Shown here one piece after another: positions 1 to 14,600 of a stretch of 64,000 nucleotides of DNA (positions are counted from its first letter, which is position 1; the number at the start of each line of letters is the position of its first letter). Below the pieces are notes generated by a model. The model saw only the letters and a list, made by a program, of their open reading frames with translations, made no database searches and was not told the DNA's origin. Origin of the DNA: Bugula neritina (taxonomy: Eukaryota; Animalia; Bryozoa); assembly GCA_964035545.1 (NCBI GenBank), contig OZ037773.1, positions 10,445,751-10,509,750 on the forward strand, written 5' to 3'. The position numbers were made by a program, and so were the translations under genes.

Positions 1-234
1 GGTTATAATTGCTCCTGTGCCTCATTAGAAAAGTTTTTAGTTTGCTTTAAAAACAACCTTTTCTCTCTCAGGGTTCATACAGGGATAATGACTATAAACT
101 TGCGTGACTTTTTTATATCACTTCATAATATTATATATAGCCTTTTTTTAGATGTTGATTTTTAAAAATGTAAGAAATTGTTTTATTCTATATTCTTGAA
201 TCTTACTTTTATTCAGATAAGGTTGCTGCAAGTC

Positions 235-3200
235 TTATCTATGTTCTGCATTATTACCCTCTGCATCTAGTGTTCCTGTAAAAGAAATTAACATTTCAAT
301 TAATTTCTTTGCAGCAGTCTGCCTATGAGGTCAAAAACTATTCTCAAAAAAAATGTTTTTGCTATATTGACTGAACTTATAAGGATTATAAATAGCAATT
401 ATGCATAATTATGACACCTAGTGTGACACCTAGAGTGACACTTGTGATACCTAATGCGGCAGCTAGTAGTGTGACGCTTGTTGTGACGCTTAGTATGACT
501 GGCTTCATGTCGCTTTAAATACAGTTTATTCTCAATCACAGTAAACAACTTTAATTCAAAGCAATAAACTAAAATAATAATTTTGTATAAATATATTATA
601 TAAGATTTAAGTATTTCACAAGTATCATAGGTATTTACAGGCATGCAGCCACAAGTCTGTAGAATTCTTACATCATATATAAAATCTATCAAATTTTTAG
701 GAAACCATTCCAGGGTTCTTCTACTGCTCCTATTTCCAGGTTTATACGAGTAATACTTTATATTTTAGCTAGTTTTTTGGAATTGTTAAGCACTAATCAT
801 TTACCAGTTCTGGCTTCATCTGCTTCTTTCTCTCCATCTTCAGCCGTTTGCTGTGATTGTTTAACAACCACACGTATGTTCTGTACATACAAATAGGAAT
901 ATGTTATATGAGATGATCAATAGGAACAATTTATACACACTATAAACAGGTAGCCTACATTAAAATGTTATGCACTTATTCATTACAACAAATTTACATT
1001 AATGCAGTTTTAAAACTGCTGAATCCTAAGTTTTTTTATGCTTTAGTTACAATAGAAAGATGCAGTAAATTTTATTATGATATATGGCTATTATTTGTAT
1101 TGGAACAAAACTTTGCTCTTTTAATTTCATAGTGATTATAAATACTATAAATGCTTTCCCTGAACTATTTTTAAAAAGAATTTTACAATTATCGCGTTTA
1201 TATAACAGTTTGCGTTTAATCCAAATATTTACTGGGTGATATACTTAAGTCTGACCAAACTTTAGAAAAGAAAATCATTACTATTTTATTATACGTACAA
1301 TTGTAGAATAATAGCTATAAAAATATTTTTCAAGAAAAAATACATGCTAGAAGCACGTGAGGGTGATTTTATACAACACATTAAACTAGTTCCAGCAACC
1401 GCTTATAACACATGTCAGCTTATTATTTTAAACAACTTATTTAAATTGAAAAACTTGCTTAGCTTTAAAAATTATACCTTCATCTCCCAATCTATATCAT
1501 CCTGGGTTTGTTCAAGCTGTTTAAAAGTTTTAGATCTCATCTCTTCTTCCAACTTTTGCTCTTTCAACGTCTGTATATGCCCCCTAGCAATCTTGGTTCT
1601 TTCAGCTATTCTATCTCGAGCGTCCATAATATCTTCTTGCAGGTCACGATACTGTCCATCAAGTTTTCTATAACTTAATCTTTCATTATCCAACTTTTGC
1701 TGCAGATCTCTGTTTAAATAGATCAGTAACCGATTACTTACAATTACATTAACAATCTAACTGTAGTAACAGAGTTGTGCTAAACGTAAAAACCCTCCTG
1801 TTCATGCAGTCACTATTGCTATAAATTAGAGACAATATATAGGTATATAAAACTAAACTTCAACTTTCCTATTTTCAACATCTAAATGTATACATATTTC
1901 ATCTATGTGACTATTTATACTCGTACTTAGTAAAAATAAAATATTATAAACAATGTATATCAGAAAAACAAAAAAATAATTTGGAAAATGTGAAAACGTA
2001 TTAAAACATACTCTATTTCTATTTGTAGTTCTTTTCTTTCTTCAACACTTAATTTAGGTTCTTCAGCTTCTCTTTCTCTTTCTGCTATTATCCTAAAATA
2101 GTAAAGATTAGTGAAGACAACTTAATGATATTTTATTCAACTTGAGAAACAAATTATTGGACAATCTTAAAATTTTTTCATTGTGAATATGTTTATAAAT
2201 TCAATTTTGCTACAATTGCCTTATTATTATATGATTAGTTTTAATTATCGTCTCCAACCTAATTTTATGGAAAGCTTTGTACTGCTAATTTCAATTAGCT
2301 GCAAAATGAATTCTTTGACTTTTTATAGAAGTTTGTTTAATTTTAGTTTCAACTAAATTGAACCCATTTTATCTTGATATTATACTGCATGTCTAGAATT
2401 AAATCAAGATTGCTTATAGAGGCTATATTTTTATCCCAGGTTATCATATTTATAGAATAAACATAAAAAGAGAATTTTCCCAGCTAACAAGTTATTATTG
2501 AGTTTACACGCATGTAATATGTTGATTAGGAAATCACGACTACATTGAAATACCTCATATTAGCATCAGTATCATATAATATTAACAGATAAAGACTAGA
2601 TTCCACTCAGCTAAACAACATATTTGCATAAATTATATATTATTATGCTAAGCACTGCATCTCAATATGACAGGTTATGCGCAGATAAAAGGAAAACATT
2701 GATGTGGAATTGTTTTCGTATACTATATTAGTTATATTTCTGCCATTTTACTGGGCATGTCAGCAAAATTTAATTAATAATTATACTAAGAAGTTATGTG
2801 CTAACACTATAGTTTCGTACGATATATAATATATATATAATTTATAAAGTTAAATCCTGCTTTGTCAGAAAGTTTGATAATTCTTGGATGTAATACATTA
2901 ACATTGTTGGTGCAAATACAGCCAAATTCCCAACTTAACCCCAAACCCCATAACCATAGCCAAATGTAACTATACTTGGCTCCATCAGAAGTACTTTTAT
3001 TGGCACTTGAGCAGTTTAATCTTGATACTCCTTTCACTATGCACCATCCTTAGATAAGATGTAGGATCAAATTATAAACAAACAATGCTAAGCTATTTTG
3101 ACATCCTATAAAAAGCTATAGAATAACAGAAGTTTAATTAGATATAGATAGCACTGTATAATTATAGCTTTTTCATCAAGAGAAGACTAAATATTGTTTA

Positions 3201-4252
3201 TGCATCATATGTTAGAAAAAACACGTACTTTGTATAAGTTTCTAATATTTTCAAGAGTGTTTCAAAATCTTTTGTTGGCTGCATGTATTTCTTAAGTTTC
3301 TCCTCTTTCTACAATTACATAATAAGAGTAGGTTGTATCACATAATAATTGTTATAAATAATTATTATGAGTTGTGGCCTAACCTTAATATGTTGTAAAC
3401 TAGCCAACAAACAATTATAGTAATTTATTATCCGTAGAATAATCTTGCCTTATTTTTTTTTTCTAGACAAAAGCAATCTTTTGTCTCGATTAATTTTTTT
3501 GAAATTTCGGCATAGAAATCTAGAAAATTACATCTTTCATCTTCATCATCGAAGCTGTGAGAGGTTTTTTTGTGAACAATCTTATGCCGTGTGTCTCTGA
3601 AGTTTTTAATTTTCTTAGATTTTTCATCTTGGCTTAAAAATCCATCTGGTACCTTTTGAATGAGTTCGTCATAGTGCTTGTCATATATGATGAATATCCA
3701 TTCATGCATCAGTTCCAGGACAATCTCGTTCAATTCATCCTGGGTTGACGTTTGAAACCTTCTATTAGACAGTTTAGCAGGGACTGCCTCATTCTCAAAC
3801 CATTCAAAAGAACCTATGTCATCATCGGTGTAGAGTTTGTTTTGATAAGCTTTTGCTCTATTGTAGTGATTATGCAGCACTTTTTGGAAAAGTGCTGCCA
3901 GCTTTGGTGTCTTCAATCCTAAGGGACAACTTTCTGAAACCTGTCTTTTTATGAAGACTGTTTTTTGCAACTCCCCCAATTTATTTTTTACTCGATTTGC
4001 ATCTTTGTTGCAGCTATGATAAATATCCCAAACAATGGACTGGATGAGCAAAGATTCCAATTTACCAGCCAAAATGACAGCCACAGACAGGTCTGTCCAT
4101 CCTTTTAATCTGCTAGTGAGATCTTCTGCAGTACACCCTGATTGACTAGTCTGAGATTCTTGAGTAGCTGTAGAAACTTGTTTTGGTCTGTTAGTAAAAT
4201 TTTGAGCAATTACATTAGCCCAAGTTCCAGAAGCCCCTTGCTGGCTCATCAT
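235..4252 (-). CDS. HEPN-like domain + coiled-coil protein, paralog A (~437 aa; coding exons 4252-3449, 3308-3229, 2092-2012, 1709-1478, 880-805, 275-235)
   Basis: The 276-aa ORF (3428-4258) and 73-aa ORF (1472-1693) join in frame through phase-compatible splice sites (first intron AAG|GCAAGA GC-AG, the rest GT-AG). The same exon structure recurs in paralog C. Motifs GKLESLL and RDTRHKIVH (3589-3572); later exons are E/K/R/Q heptad-rich. The last exon is the least certain. Confidence 0.8.
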
Positions 4253-4475
4253 GACCAAACTGGTGAATTGATGAGTATACCACGAAAACTTTAGTCATCC
4301 GCTAAAGTATCTAAAATATAAACAATTTGTTTCCACATTTACGTAAATATTATTATTATATAAATATGTGCTCCCTGTGCATTCTCTGTTTGAAATAAAG
4401 TTTCATTATTTACCTATATTCATACTGGAATAAAAGCAGACACATCCTTTTGTTTTCAGCCATGTAATTAAAGTT

Positions 4476-7085
4476 AGACTATACAGTACATTACTTGTAT
4501 ATATGGTAATACTACAGACTATACAGTACATCACTTGTATATGGTAATACTACAGACTATACAGTACATCACTTGTATATGGTAATACTACAGACTATAC
4601 AGTAAATCACTTGTATATGGTAATACTACAGACTATACAGTACATCACTTGTATATAGTAATACTACAGACTATACAGTACATCACTTGTATATGGTAAT
4701 ACTACAGAATATACAGTACATTACTTGTATATGGTAATACTACAGACTATACAGTACATCACTTGTATATGGTAATACTACATACTATACAGTACATCAC
4801 TTGTATCTGGTAATACTACAGACTATACAGTACATCACTTGTATATGGTAATACTACAGACTATACAGTACATCACTTGTATATAGTAATACTACAGACT
4901 ATACAGTACATCACTTGTATATGGTAATACTACAGACTATACAGTACATCACTTGTATATGGTAATACTACAGACTATACAGTATATCACTTGTATATGG
5001 TAATACTACAGACTATACAGTACATCACTTGTATATGGTAATACTACAGACTATACAGTACATTACTTGTATATGGTAATACTACAGACTATACAGTACA
5101 TCACTTGTATATGGTAATACTACAGACTATACAGTACATCACTTGTATCTGGTAATACTACAGACTATACAGTACATCACTTGTATATGGTAATACTACA
5201 GACTATACAGTACATTACTTGTATATGGTAATACTACAGACTATACAGTACATCACTTGTATCTGGTAATACTACAGACTATACAGTACATCACTTGTAT
5301 ATGGTAATACTACAGAATATACAGTATATCACTTGTATATGGTAATACTACAGATTATACAGTACATCACTTGTATATGGTAATACTACATACTATACAG
5401 TACATCACTTGTATATGGTAATACTACAGACTATACAGTACATCACTTGTATATGGTAATACTACAGACTATACAGTACATTACTTGTATATGGTAATAC
5501 TACAGACTATACAGTAAATCACTTGTATATGGTAATACTACAGACTATACAGTACATCACTTGTATATGGTAGTACTACAGACTATACAGTACATCACTT
5601 GTATATGGTAATACTGCAGACTATACAGTACATCACTTGTATATGGTAATACTACAGACTATACAGTACATCACTTGTATATGGTAATACTACAGACTAT
5701 ACAGTACATCACTTGTATATGGTAATACTACAGACTATACAGTACATCACTTGTATATGGTAATACTACAGACTATACAGTACATCACTTGTATATGGTA
5801 ATACTACAGACTATACAGTACATCACTTGTATATGGTAATACTACATACTATACAGTACATTGCTGTATATGGTAATACTACAGACTATACAGTACATCA
5901 CTTGTATATGGTAATACTACATATTATACAGTACATCACTTGTATATGGTAATATTACAGACTATACAGTACATCACTTGTATATGGTAATACTACAGAC
6001 TATGCAGTACATCACTTGTACATGGTAATACTACAGACTATACAGTACATCACTTGTATATGGTAATACTACAGACTATACAGTACATCACTTGTATATG
6101 GTAATACTACAGACTATACAGTACATCACTTGTATATGGTAATACTACAGACTATGCAGTACATCACTTGTATATGGTAATACTACAGACTATACAGTAC
6201 ATCACTTGTATATGGTAATACTACAGACTATACAGTACATCACTTGTATATGGTAATACTACAGACTATACAGTACATCACTTGTATATGGTAATACTAC
6301 AGACTATACAGTACATCACTTGTATCTGGTAATACTACAGACTATACAGTACATCACTTGTATATGGTAATACTACAGACTATACAGTACATCACTTGTA
6401 TATGGTAATACTACAGACTATGCAGTACATCACTTGTATATGGGTAATAGTACAGACTATACAGTACATCACTTGTATATGGTAATACTACAGACTATAC
6501 AGTACATCACTTGTATATGGTAATACTACAGACTATACAGTACATCACTTGTATATGGTAATACTACAGACTATACAGTACATCACTTGTATATGGTAAT
6601 ACTACAGAATATACAGTACATCACTTGTATATGGTAATACTACAGACTATACAGTACATCACTTGTATATGGTAATACTACAGACTATACAGTACATCAC
6701 TTGTATATGGTAATACTACAGACTATACAGTACATCACTTGTATATGGTAATACTACAGACTATACAGTACATCACTTGTATATGGTAATACTACAGACT
6801 ATACAGTATATCACTTGTATATGGTATTACTACAGACTATACAGTATATCACTTGTATATGGTAATACTACAGACTATACAGTACATCACTTGTATATGG
6901 TAATACTACAGACTATACAGTACATCACTTGTATATGGTAATACTACAGACTATACAGTACATCACTTGTATATGGTAATACTACAGACTATACAGTACA
7001 TCACTTGTATATGGTAATACTACAGACTATACAGTACATCACTTGTATATGGTAATACTACAGACTATACAGTAAAATACAGACT
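4476..7085. repeat. 38-bp minisatellite (GACTATACAGTACATCACTTGTATATGGTAATACTACA), about 68 units, in intron 1 of paralog A
   Basis: Contiguous tandem units with point variants and no spacers. Confidence 0.97.
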
Positions 7086-7361
7086 GTACAAGCAGAGAGG
7101 AAGTTTCTACCAAACATAAAACATCACCTTAACATATTGGAAATACAGTCTGACAAAAACAAATCTCATTAAATGATAATTCTTCTCCATTATGGCATAT
7201 TTCATAATATAGTGTAAGTACTAAAGAGGTTAGGTGAAGAAACGAGATGTCAGACTCTCAGATATTTTACATAAGCAGCATATACTAAATATGCATCATA
7301 TAACTTATAATCTTATTCGGTAACTTTCTGGTGGCACAGTAAAATAACTGCTGAATCTTAC

Positions 7362-7460
7362 CTTTAGAAGTTTGAGCTGTCAACTTTCATCTACTCTCCG
7401 TGAAGTGGCACTGCAGTAGTAGATACAAGAGTAGTTATAGTCTGGCTAAACCAATCAAAT
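7362..7460 (-). promoter_or_regulatory. Putative non-coding first exon and promoter of the HEPN-like gene
   Basis: Minus-strand donor AAG|GTAAGA at 7361, with a CCAAT-like motif (aaccaatca) near 7449-7457. The block is conserved in unit B (~42450-42545) and unit C (~60122-60218). Confidence 0.45.
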
Positions 7461-7846
7461 GACCTGCTCTTCGTATTACTCCGCACTAGTATTGTTGCCT
7501 TAACAGATCACATTTCACTCAAGTCATATTGCCAAGCATAGAATAGTTTATTGACTATGATAAAAATAAAAAGAGTAACAAAACAGTTTTGTAGAACCAC
7601 TATGTGATTAGATATCCTTAGTTTTATCTTGTCATATGTTTGCGGCATAAACAGTAAAAAGGGCAGATATGAACTGCCACAACTATGTTTTTGTCATCTC
7701 ATTGTTCGAAGTTAATCGAATGCATAATACGTTGTTTTATGGATTGCTTCATTCATTCTATAATACTTCTATAGGTAACTCCACTGCCGGCAATTATTTG
7801 TTTAATAAAATAACCTGTAGTTGTGCAGCTATGAAGCTATATATAC

Positions 7847-8590
7847 TGTAAACTATCATCCCTGGTTTGTAAACAGGCACAATGTGGTCTTCAGTCTCTA
7901 CTGATGTTTTATTGGTAAAACTGTCGTGAAAACTACAATTAATGAAATTGTGAATATGCTATAATGAATGATAATATGTGATAAAACTTTTATCAGTGAT
8001 AATTTGACACTAACTAATAAGCTTCAAATAAAGAACAAGTCTTGCTATAAAAATCAGTATACACCATCTAAATTATTAAAATTGATATTAAAAAAGGATA
8101 ATACAAATGCCATAAATGATTGTCAAAAATACTACAATAGCAATAATTACCTTGTTAGACCATCCAGGAATGGAGCTTATAACTTTGATGTTAATGTAGT
8201 AGGTATTTATTCTCTACTTTGACAATATTGATTTAAATGCAACAAAATATTTAATATAACATAAGTGAAAAGTTACTCAGCAGTTTATGCTACATGTTAG
8301 CTGACTGAAAGTGTAGCATAGAATGAGAGCTGAGAGTAAAATATACTTCAATGGATGAATCATTTCAGGAAGCTGATGGTGTAAAAAACTATTTATATAA
8401 CTTAGTCATAGTGAAATCATACACATGAGGAAATCTTGTTGACTTTCGTGTGCAAATTTGTCATAGCTATAAAAGCAAAACAGCTACATATACATGACTA
8501 ATGTAATGGTTTTCTAATTATGGGCACGTTGGTTAACTTTGTTTGTTTTGATGAGAGCAAGAAATTTCACTGGCATTCCAATTAATTACA
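7847..8590 (-). repeat. 3' LTR of BEL/Pao element (744 bp)
   Basis: Direct repeat of 15720-16463; TG...CA ends. Confidence 0.97.
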
Positions 8591-8637
8591 CTCCCACCTG
8601 AAATTTCTAAAAGTGACTTGTAATTTTGAATGTATGT

Positions 8638-11600
8638 TTAGCTCGATCGGACTAGTACAACTAATTTTGATATTGGTCGAATTAAATAGACTCTTTTATT
8701 GGAGTCTTTGGGGTATGTTTTACTACCAACAAGCACCCTAACTGATCTAACAACGCTGTCATGAGACAGGTTGCATTCTACGACACGTGCTAAAGGCCAC
8801 TGATTTCTTACTGTATTGTCATCACACAGTAGAACGATATCCCCCACCTTGATCTCTGGTACTTTATTTACCCATTTTTGCCGCGACTGTAAATAAAGCA
8901 AGTATTGCTTGCGCCAGCGTGTCCAAAATTCATTTGCCAACTGCTGGACCACTCTCCAACGCTTCCTCGCATATATGTCTGCCTCTTCAAATGTGCTTGG
9001 AGGTGGTAGAACAACGTCAGACTTCATAGTCAACAACATGTTTGGGGTGATTGGAAGCATGTCATCAGTTGTTGAGGTTAATGGGCGACAGTTTATGATG
9101 GCCATCACTTCATAAAACAAAGTTCGTAGCAAAGAGGTAGAGAGCCTCCCACCATGTCTCGTTCCAAGGCCTTGTAGCACAGAGCGGATAGTCCTTATCT
9201 GCCTTTCCCACACTCCTCCAAAATTGCTAGAGTGAGGAGGGTTGAAATTCATTGTGATGTTCATAGATTTAAGTTTGCTGTCGGTCCCATCACTTTGTAG
9301 AAGACTCGCGGCACCAATGAAGTTGGTACCTTGGTCTGATTGAATTGTCTGAATTGGACCCCTAATGGCTACCACAGTCCTGATAGCGTTTATAAAGCTG
9401 TCAGTAGTCATGTCCTCTAAAAGTTCAATGTGAACAGCTCGTGAGGCCATACATGTGACTATCAAGCCATATCGTTTCGATTCCTTTCTACCATCCTTGA
9501 CAATAAAAGGGCCGAAACAATCTAATCCACAGTGGGTGAAAGGAGGGGCTTTGTTAACTCTCACTGATGGTAATGTTGCCATTTGTGGTGTCAAGGGTTT
9601 AGCTTTGATTCTTTTACATGTTACACAGAGACGTAGCTTTGATGAAATTGTGGATTTACCACCAATGATCCAAAATCCCTGTGATCTTATTTTAGACAGA
9701 GTATACTCTAAGCCAAGGTGTCCTAGTTTTGCATGTGTGTCATTTATGATAAGCGTAGTGAGATGACTATGCTTAGGTAAGAGTAAAGGATGTTTTTCTT
9801 CGAATGATAGCAATTTACTGTTTTGTAGCCTTCCTCCCACCCTGAGTAGACCCGCCTTATCTAGAAATGGGCATAGTTTTGCAATGGAGCTATGCTTAGA
9901 TGTAGTCTGAGTTTGTTGGAGTTGCTTGATTTCTAGAGTGAAGAATTCTGATTGAACTGACTTGACCAAAGAGTGTAACGCTTTTTGGCGTTTCTCTTGC
10001 TGAGTGAGAGGGGTTTTGCATAGTGCTGTTTGGATTCTAGCAATAACCTTAAGAGTGTAATCTAGGTTAGAGAAAATGGTTATACGCTGACTAAGAGGAG
10101 CAAGGATGTGTTGAGTGGCTAATGCAACTTTCACTTCTTGATCGTCATGTGAGTTGATGAATTTTTTCTGATGAGGGAGTATGAGAGGTTCATTCCACAA
10201 GAAGTCTGGTCCTGTGAACCAAATGCACTCAGGAGAGAAAATTTGCTTTGGTGATAACCCACGTGATGCATGATCTGCAGGGTTGAGTTTAGTTGGGACA
10301 TGAAACCAGTTGTCGGCATTGGAGCCGTCACGGATTTGCTGAACTCGATTTGCAACAAATGTGTGATATCTAGCCTGTGTGTTCTTTATATAACCAAGAA
10401 CTACTTCTGAGTCAGAATAAAAGTACTGAGCTACATTGTCCATACCTAGCTCTTCTGCTGCCTTGAGGCTTAAATCTACAGCCCCACGTGCTGCTTGAAG
10501 TTCCAATCTGGGAACAGTAATAGCTTTGAGCGGAGTGACACGACCTTTGCTACAGATTAAAGCAACATGCACACGTTTGGCTGGGCTTACAAATCGCAAG
10601 TAGGAGCATTGGCCGTAGCCCGTTGTACTCGCGTCGCTAAAGGTATGGAGCTCAACCTTAGCAGGTGTTCCAAATGATGATGGTACGTAGTTTCTAGGAA
10701 TTGATAGGTGTTCAAGATCTTTGAGGCTTTGTTTCCATGGCAACCATTTTGCCAGCATGCTTTCATCTAAAGGATCATCCCAGTCTAAATGTTTTCTGCA
10801 AAGATCTTGGAGAACCATTTTACCTTGCAGTATAACCGGTGATATGAGGCCAAGTGGATCAAAGACCGAGGCTACATTTGAGAGCACACCTCGTCTAGTG
10901 TTGGGCTTATCAGCGAGATTAACTTGAAACTGAAAGGAATCTTGCTCAGAATTCCACATCAATCCCAAAGTTCTTTCAGTTGGAAGACAGTCAGAGTTTA
11001 GGTCAAGATCATGCAGAGTTGCAGATTGTTCAGATTTGGGGAATGAATTTAATACTTCTTTCTCGTTAGAAAGAATCTTGTGCAAGTGTACTTTACCTTG
11101 TTGGCAAATTCTCATTGCCTCAGTGAGTACTTTTGTTGCAGATGTTGCGTCAGGCATACTAAGCAAGCCGTCATCCACATAGAACTGATTTCTAATGAAG
11201 TTTCGGGCTTGTTGACTTGATGGATCATCTGTGCTGTATTGGTCAGCCAGATAACGTAGGCCATATGTTGCACATGCAGGAGACGAGGTCGCTCCAAACA
11301 CATGCACTTTCATGCGGAACACTGCTATTTCACCACGTTCATCTAGCCAGAAAAATCGGAGATAATCTGTATCTTCCGTTGCAACACGAAATTGGTGAAA
11401 CATTCGCTCAATATCACATGTAACAGCAATCTGTTCCTGGCGGAAGCGAAGGAGGATACCAGTTAGACTGTTTAGATAATCTGGACCTGTCATGAGATAG
11501 TCGTTTATGCACTTTCCATCTGTCTTTGCAGCACCATCGAAGACTACTCTAATCTTGCCTGGCTTCTTTGGATGCCATACCTCGAAATGTGGTATGTACC

Positions 11601-14600
11601 ATGTGCTGTCCTCATGGCTAGCTAAGCCTTGTGGAACTATTTCAGCCTCACCCTTGCTAATGAGGTCTTCCATGAACTTTTTGTACTGATTTTCCAAGTT
11701 TTGATTCTTAGAGAACTTTTTCAGTAGTGAATTGAATCGGTTTTTTGCTGTTTTAAAACTGTTATTTCGTGGTGGTTTGTGTTTGAAAGGTAGAGGCATG
11801 GTGACATGACCATCAATGATCTTTGTTTCTTGTTTCATGAGAGACAAAAATGCTCGGTCTTCTACAGAAGCCGCTTCTTTGTCTGTTACACATTCCTTGA
11901 AATCTTGAGCCAATATATTTATTATTTTGTTAATTTGTTTTGATGTTTCAGTTTGGCATTTGAAAGATACTGTGGTTTTAGCTTTCTTGGGTGAATGAGT
12001 TACGGTTTTATTGACTATTGTTGTTTTGCTGCCTGAATTGTCATCATGTGTGTTATTTGTAGCTAGACTACCCATGATAACCCACCCTAGGTCAGTACGT
12101 ACGCCAAATGGTTCATCGTCTGCGTCGTTTCCCACTACTACCTCTCTAGGTTTGAAGGCTAATGGGCAGTTGCCTCCAATGAGTAGACCTACTGAAATGT
12201 TTTGTCCCTTGACCATGTTTTTTGCCAAGTCTTGTAAATGTGGCCAGGCGGTAAGAGCACCCGCCTGTGGAATAGACTCATACTTAGCAGGTATTTCTTC
12301 TGCAGAATACACATTAGGAAGTTTCACCTCCTTATTGCAGCTATATCCTTTGATAATTAGGTCATCGGTTACCATTGTATCTAGCTCAAAGTTTTGGTGT
12401 GTCATTGTTGCCATTGGCAGTTTAGTTGGTTTTTTGGTGCATGTGAGTTGTTCAACAATAGAATTGGTTATATAACATGAGTCGCTGCCTGAGTCAAGGT
12501 TGGCATATGTTAATACTTTTGTATGTGGATCTTTGACAGAAGAAACCCAAACAGGAAGAGTCATAGACATGAGTGTTTGTGATGTATTTATGGAAAGATT
12601 ATTGCATACTGTGCTATCTTTATTTTGGTTTGAACATTGCATTTTACTTTCATCTGCTTGCTTTGTGGGTTGAGATGTGTATTTCTGGTGAAATATTGTG
12701 GGATGAGCTTGCTTACATGTCTCACATACTGGTTTCATGTTGCAGTTTTTGTAACTGTGACCGCTTACGGCACATTTGAAACATAAGCTGTTGCTAGCAA
12801 GGAAGTCATTTACTTGTTGAGCAGAAAGTTTTGCTAAATTCCAGCAGTGAGCAGTGTGGTGTTTCCATCTGGGTTTTTTGTTTGAGAGGCAGTATGCACA
12901 TTCTGGTTCTTTTCTCTGCTTTTGGTCAAATGACAGGCTGTTTTGTTGTTTTGCTGACTGGCTGTCAGTGTGTTGTGACTTATTAGCATGTTTTTGTTGA
13001 TTTTTGACTAATTCTGAAGTTTTTGAAACTATTGGTGTTGGTAATGTTGTTTCAGATTTTAATGTAATTGAGTGTTTGCTGTTGTTTTGTTTGGTGATTG
13101 GCTTGAATGCAGTTTTACTGGACCCACTTTTATATTTTTCTCTCAAATTGCTACAAGAAATTTTAGCCTCATGTGCTACAAAGTCTGCAAATTTATGAAA
13201 GGAAGGGAACACTTTTCTCTTTTCCTCCTCTGCAATGGCATGTCTTAACCATCGTTCTTGAAGGTTGTTGGGCAGAACACTCGCTAGCTTTTTGTTCTCC
13301 CGTTTTCTGTCCAGGACTTTTAAACCAGATATCTGCCTTGAGGCAGATAGACATTGGTTTAAGAAGTAACTGTAACTCTTGAGAGATTTGGCATCAGTTA
13401 CTCTAGGCCATGCTTCTAGTCGGTCTAGAAACTGCTCTTCAATCAGCTCTTCCGAACCAAACTCAGTTTCGAGAGCATGTAATGCATCTTGATACGCATT
13501 TGAACTTTGCAATGAAAAATAGCCCCTTATAGCCTGCTTGGCATCGCCATCCACATACTCTCTCAACAAATGGAGCTTCTGTAAATCGGTATATGGACAA
13601 GAACCAATCAAACCATCAAAGGCCAGCTTCCAATCTGCGTACTCAAGCGGATCACCAGTAAACTTGTCAGGAGTGGGAAGATGATTGGCTTGCATTGTCA
13701 TAGCGGCGGCCATTGAGTCACCTATACTCTTCCCTATAGCAGCAGAGAAATCTGTAGTGGTCAGATTGGTAAGTGGGTTAGGTGATTGCAAGTGTGTATG
13801 TGTGGGATGAGTATTTTGGTGTGTGGGAAGATGAGCAGCTGAGTTGACTTGTGGATATTGTTCATAAGGATCTTTGTGGATACCTGGGCTTTGGTGAGGC
13901 AACTCCTCCTTAGTCATTAAAGACTGCTTTATATCGTGAGCTGGTTGACCTCCAGTTGATGGGAATTGATTTGAGAGGTCAATATGATGTGGAGAATGCA
14001 GAAATGGTGAAGGCTTCGATGAGTTATGAGATGCTCTAGAAGGGGGTCTCATGAGAGTATCTCTAAGCTCAGTTTCAAGCTCATCGTCTAGGGCTTGCTG
14101 AAATGCATTTAGCTGAGCTTTCTCTGCATCGATTTCAGCTTTGAGTTTCAGCTCGGCAATGTGGCCTTTGCGAGTGAGGATTTGCTCTTTGTGCTTGAGC
14201 TCAAGACGCTGTATTTCCTCTTCAACCTGCCGAGCTTCACACTCTGCTTGAAACTTTGCTTCAGCAGCAGCAACTTTAGCCGCAGATTTAGCTAATTGAG
14301 CTTTATAGTATGATGCGTTAGATTTGGAAGATCTAGATGTACCAGTAGTTCTTGTTTTCCAAGAACCACTAGCGGAATCAGGTGCATGAGATGAGGATAT
14401 GTCACTAGCTCCAGAATGTCTAGAATTGCCAATATGGTGACTAGAATGATGAGATTTCTTTGACTTGGAGTGATTAGATTGATAATCAGAACTATGTACG
14501 CTGACGGATTTGGCAGGCCCAGCGCGTTCCGACTCAACTGAATTTTTTGACTTACTCGAGGAATGACTAGCATGCGATTTGACAATTTTTGAATTATCTG

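Noticed and set aside
399-692. 97-aa ORF with C-H repeats (also ORFs 1344-1673 and 2807-3037)
   Set aside because: Intronic or antisense; the His/Cys pattern comes from a short 12-bp repeat and is not conserved in paralog C.
4476-7085. 38-bp repeats beside a HEPN-motif gene suggesting a CRISPR/Cas13-like locus (also 38939-42150 and 56453-59820)
   Set aside because: Units are contiguous with no unique spacers, there are no cas genes, the proteins have a single RxxxxH motif, and the context is spliced eukaryotic DNA. These are minisatellites.
7669-7851. Short plus-strand ORF MNCH.YVFV conserved at 42757-42972
   Set aside because: Similarity reflects the segmental duplication; the frame is broken by a stop in unit C (~60484) and there is no coding signal.
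7968-8222. 84-aa ORF present twice (also 15841-16095)
   Set aside because: Lies antisense within the two identical LTRs; AT-rich with no recognisable domain, so the duplication is explained by the LTRs.
8909-14585. Short antisense and alternate-frame ORFs inside the BEL polyprotein (likewise 31034-35342 in Gypsy)
   Set aside because: Shadow ORFs of long coding regions with no independent motifs.
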